Below are positions 58,582-64,000 of a DNA stretch of 64,000 nt, piece by piece. The notes under the pieces were generated by a model. It ran no database searches and had not been told where the DNA came from. It worked only from the letters and a program-made list of their open reading frames with translations. Positions within the stretch are counted from its first letter, which is position 1. Each line of letters begins with the position of its first letter. The stretch spans positions 1 to 64,000 of the forward strand of contig NIVC01000312.1 in assembly GCA_002269645.1 (NCBI GenBank), written 5' to 3'. A program made the position numbers and the translations under genes. The stretch is from Macrostomum lignano (Eukaryota).

Positions 58582-61500
58582 ATGTCAATCAAAGAGTTTC
58601 GAGAAGCCTTCAGTGAGCAATATAGTGGTAAGTTTAAATAATTTAAGATAAATTTAAATTGGTTTATTTTACTTTCTGCATTAAATTAAGCCTAGGATTG
58701 TTAAACCAGAGAGTGTACATGCCTGGCAATTAGAAAGTCAGGCCTGCTGTGCACCCTGTGTGAGCATGTGCGAGTGCGTGCCTGCGTACAGTATTGGTGC
58801 GCTTGTGTGCGCTTAGGAGCCAGCGGAATGGGCAGAATTGCTGATGTCATCAAAGGCATTGCGCCAGGGTGCCCAAAACCATTTTAAATTATTTGTTTAT
58901 CTATACTACAACAGGGGTTAGCAAACTCTGGCCCATGGGCCCCTGAAGCTCCTTTAAACTTTACCAGTTTCTCCTTCTCTCCCCTCTTCTCTTCCCCTCT
59001 CCTCTCTTCTCTCATCTCTAAACATCTCTTCCCTCTCCTTCCCACCCTTACCTTGCCCTTCACACAAGGCTCGTGAGTTCAAGTGTAACTGAGGGGCTCC
59101 ATCATACATTGGCCAGGTCTGGTGGCTTCTGGCGAATTCGCTGCCACTGACTATGACCGCCTGATGTCCGACGATGCCTACTGCAACTGCTTCGCCGGAG
59201 CCGCTCGAGCTGGCAACCTGGAGGCCCGTCTGCAGCTGGCCGAAGCCTGCCTCCGATGGCGCTGTCAGGACCAGATCAGCGGCCTGACGGAGGCCGACTT
59301 TCCACTTGAAGCGTTGCAAAAAGGCTCCGTATTCTTTCACAGCGAAGATCGCGAAGGTCATCCTATACTGTACTTTCGCATTCAGGACAGCGGCAAGACC
59401 TCTCCAGATGAGCTGCTACAAATTCGCCAGTTTATCGGCTGGCTGTTGGATTCGAGGCATCGGCGTCAACCGGAGCAGAAAATCTCCCTACTATTCGATA
59501 TGACTAACGCTGGAGTGGCCAATTTAAATTTGGATCTGGTTAGATTTGTTGTACGCGCGTTCCAGGTGTACTATCCTGGTTTACTAGGCTATTTGTTCGT
59601 GTATGAGATGCCCTGGGTGCTGACTGGTTAGTATCTGACATTTGTTTGTTTATTGTCTCATGAGGTAACACTGAGCTTTCAAGTGATTAGTTGGATAAGA
59701 ACCGAGATCGAGGTACTTTGCAGGTGTTGACAAAAATCTGGTAAATGGAGATGAAAATAAGGTGAATCAAGGTGAGATTAGAGTTTATCGGGGTGATATT
59801 TGAATCAATCAGGGTGAGGAAATGGAGGTGAGAATAGAGGAAATGGAGGTGAGAATAGAGGAAATGGAGGTGAGAATAGAGGAAAGGGAGATGTAAATAA
59901 ATAGAGTGGAGATGATAATAAAGGAAATGGCGATGAGAATAGAGGGGATTGAGGTGGGAATAGAGGGAATCGGTGTGAGAATAGAGGAAATGGAGATGTA
60001 AATAAAGGGAGTGGAGATGATAATAGAGGGAACGAAGATGAGAATAGAGGGGATTGAGGTGGGAATAGAGGGAATCGGTGTGAGAATAGAGGAAATGGAG
60101 ATGTAAGTAAAGGGAGTGGAGATGATAATAGAGGGAATGAAGATGAGAATAGAGGGAATCGGTGTAAGAATAGAGGGAATCGGTGTAAGAATAGAGGGAA
60201 CGACGTTGGTGAGAATTAAGGCAGTAGAGATGAGAAGGAATAGTGGTGAGATTAATAGAACGAGATGCAAGAATAGAGGGAATGAAGGGGAGAATGGAGA
60301 AATCAGGCTACGAAAAGCAGAAGAATCCTCTTTGATGTGAGCAGTGGAATTGGTAATGACTTTGTTAACAACATTCCCCGTTCCACCAGCCGCATGGAAG
60401 GTGATTCGCTCGTGGCTAGACAAAGAGGCACAAAAGAAGATCATCTTTTTAAAGCGTTCCAACGTACAAGAGTACATCGCGCCCGACAAGCTGTGGGTGC
60501 ACATGGGCGGTACGGACGATTATCAGTACGAGTACTCGCCGGGTATGCTCACGGGAGATACTGCCGAGTATCCGACATCCGGAGACGAATGCGGCGATGT
60601 CGAATTTGTCGACGCCGAGAATAGCATGCAGGTGTCTCTGCCGGTGAGTTGAGGAATTAAGCAGGGTGCCTGTTATTGGGTAGATGTAGGTTGCTAGGGA
60701 GATGTCGATTGCTGGATAATGATGTCAGTTGCTAGGGAGAGGTTGACTGCTGAATAAGACTGTCGGTTGCTAGGGAGAGGTTGACTGCTGAATAAGACTG
60801 TCGGTTGCTAGGGAAATGTTGACTGCTGAATAATGATGTCGGTTGCTAGGCAGAGGTTGACTGCTGAATAATGATGTCGGTTGCTAGGCAGAGGTTGACT
60901 GCTGAATAATGATGTCGGTTGCTAGGCAGAGGTTGACTGCTGAATAATGATGTCGGTTGCTAGGACGGTTTTGGTTGCTAGGCAAACATCAATTGCTGGA
61001 TTAGGATGTCGGTTGCTAGGTAGTTGTTAGCTGCTAGGGGCGATTTTCGTAACTATGATGATTTTGTTTGCCACATAAATATCAGTAGCTAAATCTGTCG
61101 TTTGTTGTTTCGTAAGTATTAGATGTCAGTTAAGATTAATGGTTGTTTTGTTCGCTTAACTATAGTGAAGGTTTGCTAGACTGCATGGCCCGTCGCTACC
61201 GTGACAAGAATCGCTAAAGAGTCATTGCAAACACCTCACTGGTGATTCTAGTCTAGTGACTCAAGTAGACTAAATCGAGTTGTTTATAAATGCAAAATGC
61301 GATTTTAATTCATGAAGTTCATAATTGCTGGAGTCTACAAGAAATTTATAGCACGCCTCAGATACCACTCAGAAGAGTCATTTTAGAAGCGCCCTGTAGT
61401 TGCGGACAGTAAAACGGTGCCAAAAATTGACTTTTTTGGCGACTTGTACCGGGACAATGGGACATCTCATTGTTTTAGAGTCGTCTAGAGTCACTTCTTT

Positions 61501-63045
61501 TCCCATAACTTCGCTTGTTAGCCTACGAAGGTACCGTTTTCATCTGGGTAGCCTGTTGCCTGTTGCCCACTTCAGCCCAATGATGCTGACGCAGTTTCCC
61601 TGGATGGCAGTCAGACGCAGACTTCGCAGCGGAGCTTCAAAATTCGATCCCCAGCGGCCTCTTCAGCATCTGTAGGCAGCAGCAGCTACATTGGCCGGTA
61701 CATGTCAATCAGCCCAGCTGATCAGGTGACTTTTCGGTTAGCAACTGCTGGAAATAATAACAGCAGCGACAGCCAACGTACGATAACCCTAACTAGCACT
61801 TGGCAACAGTCGGCTCTGGCCTACAAAGTGAAAACTACCTGCCCAGCTGACTACAGGGTCAAGCCTAGCGTTGGTCTGTTGGAGCCGGGAGCCAGCGTTT
61901 GCGTTGTAGTCACCTACAGGTGAGCTCGAAAATTTATTGTAAGCTCGAAGTTTCATTGTAAGCTTGAAGTTCATTGTAAGCTTGAAGTTCATTGTAAGCT
62001 CGAAGTTTCATTGTAAGCTTGAAGTTCATTGTAAGCTCGAAGTTTCATTTTAAGCTCGAAGTTTCATTGTAAGCTCGAAGTTTCATTGTAAGCTTGAAGT
62101 TCATTGTAAGCTCGAAGTTTCATTGTAAGCTCGAATATTCATTGCAAGCTCGAAGATTCATTGTAAGCTCGAAGTTTCATTGTAAGCTCGAATATTCACT
62201 GCAAGCTCGAAGATTCATTGTAAGCTCGAAGTTTCATTGTAAGCTCGAAGTTTCATTGTAAGCTCGAAGTTTCATTGTAAGCTCGAATATTCATTGCAAG
62301 CTCGAAGATTCATTGTAAGCTCGAAGTTTCATTGTAAGCTCGAAGTTTCATTGTAAGCTCGAATATTCATTGCAAGCTCGAAGATTCATTGTAAGCTCGA
62401 ATATTCATTGCAAGCTCGAAGATTCATTGTAAGCTCGAAGTTTCATTGTAAGCTCGAATATTCACTGCAAGCTCGAAGATTCATTGTAAGCTCGAAGTTT
62501 CATTGTAAGCTCGAAGTTTCATTGTAAGCTCGAAGTTTCATTGTAAGCTCGAAGTTTCATTGTAAGCTCGAAGTTTCATTGTAAGTTCGAAGTTTCATTG
62601 TAATCTCAAAGATTCATTGTAAGCTCGAATATTCATTGCAAGCTCGAAGATTCATTGCAAGCTCGAAGTTTCATTGTAAGCTCGAAGTTTCATTGTAAGC
62701 TCGAAGTTTCATTGTAAACCCGAAAATTCACTGTAAACCCGAAAATTCACTGTAAACCCGAAAAGTCACTGTAAACTATTTTATCAACATCAACAAAGAC
62801 CGTCTTCAACGCCGCCGAGTCAGCCGCCGGCTCGCTCTGACAAGCTGCAGCTGCTGGCGGCGCCAGTTGAATCTGGCCTGTCGCGCGAGGCCTGCCAGGA
62901 GGCGTTGAAGTCCGCTCCGTCCGAGGCGCTGATGGAACACCGGCTCCGCTGTCGGGTTGAGACGCCGAAACCGGCTGCTGGGTCGGCAGCGGCGGCGTCT
63001 GGACGACTGCCAGATGACCAGCAGTTGGCCGCTCTGCGCTCCGAG
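58582..63045 (+). CDS. MOSPD2: Motile sperm domain-containing protein 2 (CRAL-TRIO + MSP), 3'-partial; exons 58582-58627, 59117-59626, 60390-60643, 61576-61919, 62799-63045
   Basis: CRAL-TRIO (LLFDMTNAG...LDLVRF...FQVYYPGLL...YEMPWVL; AAWKVIRSWL; HMGGTD) and MSP (ISPADQ; AYKVKTTCP-DYRVKPS; LMEHRLRC) in the order of human MOSPD2; GT-AG junction phases 1,1,0,2 are consistent; the TM exon is not in the window. Confidence 0.9.
58707..58842 (+). mobile_element. 3' fragment of the same SINE family in MOSPD2 intron 1
   Basis: Aligns to the reverse complement of ~48540-48690. Confidence 0.6.
59815..60260. repeat. GA-rich ~21-bp-based minisatellite, MOSPD2 intron 2
   Basis: GAGGTGAGAATAGAGGAAATG and variants. 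Confidence 0.85.
60725..61020. repeat. 38-bp minisatellite, MOSPD2 intron 3
   Basis: GGTTGCTAGGCAGAGGTTGACTGCTGAATAATGATGTC, ~7 units. Confidence 0.9.
61920..62775 (+). repeat. 19-bp minisatellite filling MOSPD2 intron 4
   Basis: GTAAGCTCGAAGTTTCATT, ~45 units, starting at the donor GT. Confidence 0.95.
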
Positions 63046-63229
63046 GTAAGCGAGCCGTCGGGTTCGACAGAATAATGAGGACTTTGCTGTGGCACATGCT
63101 TATAACCGTTGATGCTGAACTACTGCAATAACTGCATGAATATCCAGTACTGATTACAGACACTACTTAAGAGATCATGTTACTGAAACCGCATGAATTG
63201 AAAGTTTGCAGAAATATTTTTACGGACAC

Positions 63230-63570
63230 TATTGCAGACACTGCTACAGACACAGCTGCAGACACAGCTAGAGACAGCTGCAGATACAGCTGCAGACACA
63301 GCTGCAGACACAGCTGCAGATACAGCTGCAGACACAGCTGCAGACACAGCTGCAGATACAGCTGCAGACACAGATGCAGACACTGCTACAGACACTGCTA
63401 CAGACACAGATGCAGACACAGCTGCAGACACTGCTACAGACACTGCTACAGACACAGATGCAGACACAGATGCAGACACAGCTGCAGACACTGCTACAGA
63501 CACTGCTACAGACACTGCTACAGACACAGATGCAGACACAGCTGCAGACACTGCTACAGACACAGCTACC
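63230..63570. repeat. 12-bp minisatellite, MOSPD2 intron 5
   Basis: GCTGCAGACACA / GCTACAGACACT / GATGCAGACACA variants. Confidence 0.95.
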
Positions 63571-64000
63571 CGCCAAACTTAATTCGTCCGATTTTTTGCT
63601 TTTAGCACCGGTATCTTGATCCGGTTTATTGTCCGGAATCGGCCCATATCCACAGTGTAAAGAAACCGGAACAGAGCCGGACAAAAAGTTACGTTTCAGG
63701 ACCAGGCGTTCAGATTTTATCGCCTTTGCCCTGTTTTATGTCCGGTGATTATTCCGAAGTTTGTTCCGGTGCCTGATCCGGTCAAAGAGAGCCGGATGTT
63801 GCGCCGGTTTTGTTCCGGTGCCTGATCCGGTCAAAGAGAGCCGGATGTTGCGCCGGTTGCTGGACCGTGGCATTGACCGATCCAAATGGGATCGAGACCG
63901 GACCGAAAGCCGGACCGGCCCGGTTTAATCTTGAACCGTTCTCTCCGGAGCAGGAGGCAGTCTTCCACGCGAATAGAAAATGAAAAGAAAATTGAAGAGT

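Noticed and set aside
58911-58945. hAT/Charlie-like terminus CAGGGGTTAGCAAACTCTGGCCC
   Set aside because: Only one end seen; no matching TIR or TSD.
63177-63684. Cys/His-, Ala/Asp/Thr- and Gln-rich ORFs, or a final MOSPD2 exon
   Set aside because: Products of a 12-bp minisatellite; no coiled-coil/TM segment as expected for the MOSPD2 C-terminus.

Overview
Eukaryotic, transposon-dense animal DNA. Spliceosomal GT-AG genes and TTAGGG tracts are present, and the style resembles a free-living flatworm such as Macrostomum (inference only). Layout: (1) 1.1-16.3 kb, a head-to-tail array of 1.8-3.2 kb Helentron/HINE-like units, each carrying an internal (CCCTAA)n tract and a GA-rich tract, with a 2-kb non-autonomous P-like element inserted in one unit. 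(2) 17.1-21.7 kb, an intact Ty3/Gypsy element with apparently identical LTRs. (3) Two paralogues of a SAM-methyltransferase/poly-Gln gene, one split by a 4.6-kb hAT transposon that itself holds a mariner derivative and a 26-bp P-type excision footprint. (4) A decayed Ngaro/DIRS tyrosine-recombinase retroelement with a SAP-domain Gag. (5) Three insertions stacked at one GGAAGAAGAGATT target. (6) Host genes: a 4-exon CAP/GAPR-1-like gene, a secreted protein with an inverted pseudogene paralogue, and MOSPD2 (5 exons, 3' end beyond the window), one intron of which is built almost wholly of tandem copies of its own 5' splice site. Also present: a dead mariner, a tRNA-derived SINE and many minisatellites. 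All coordinates and counts were derived by hand and no database searches were run.
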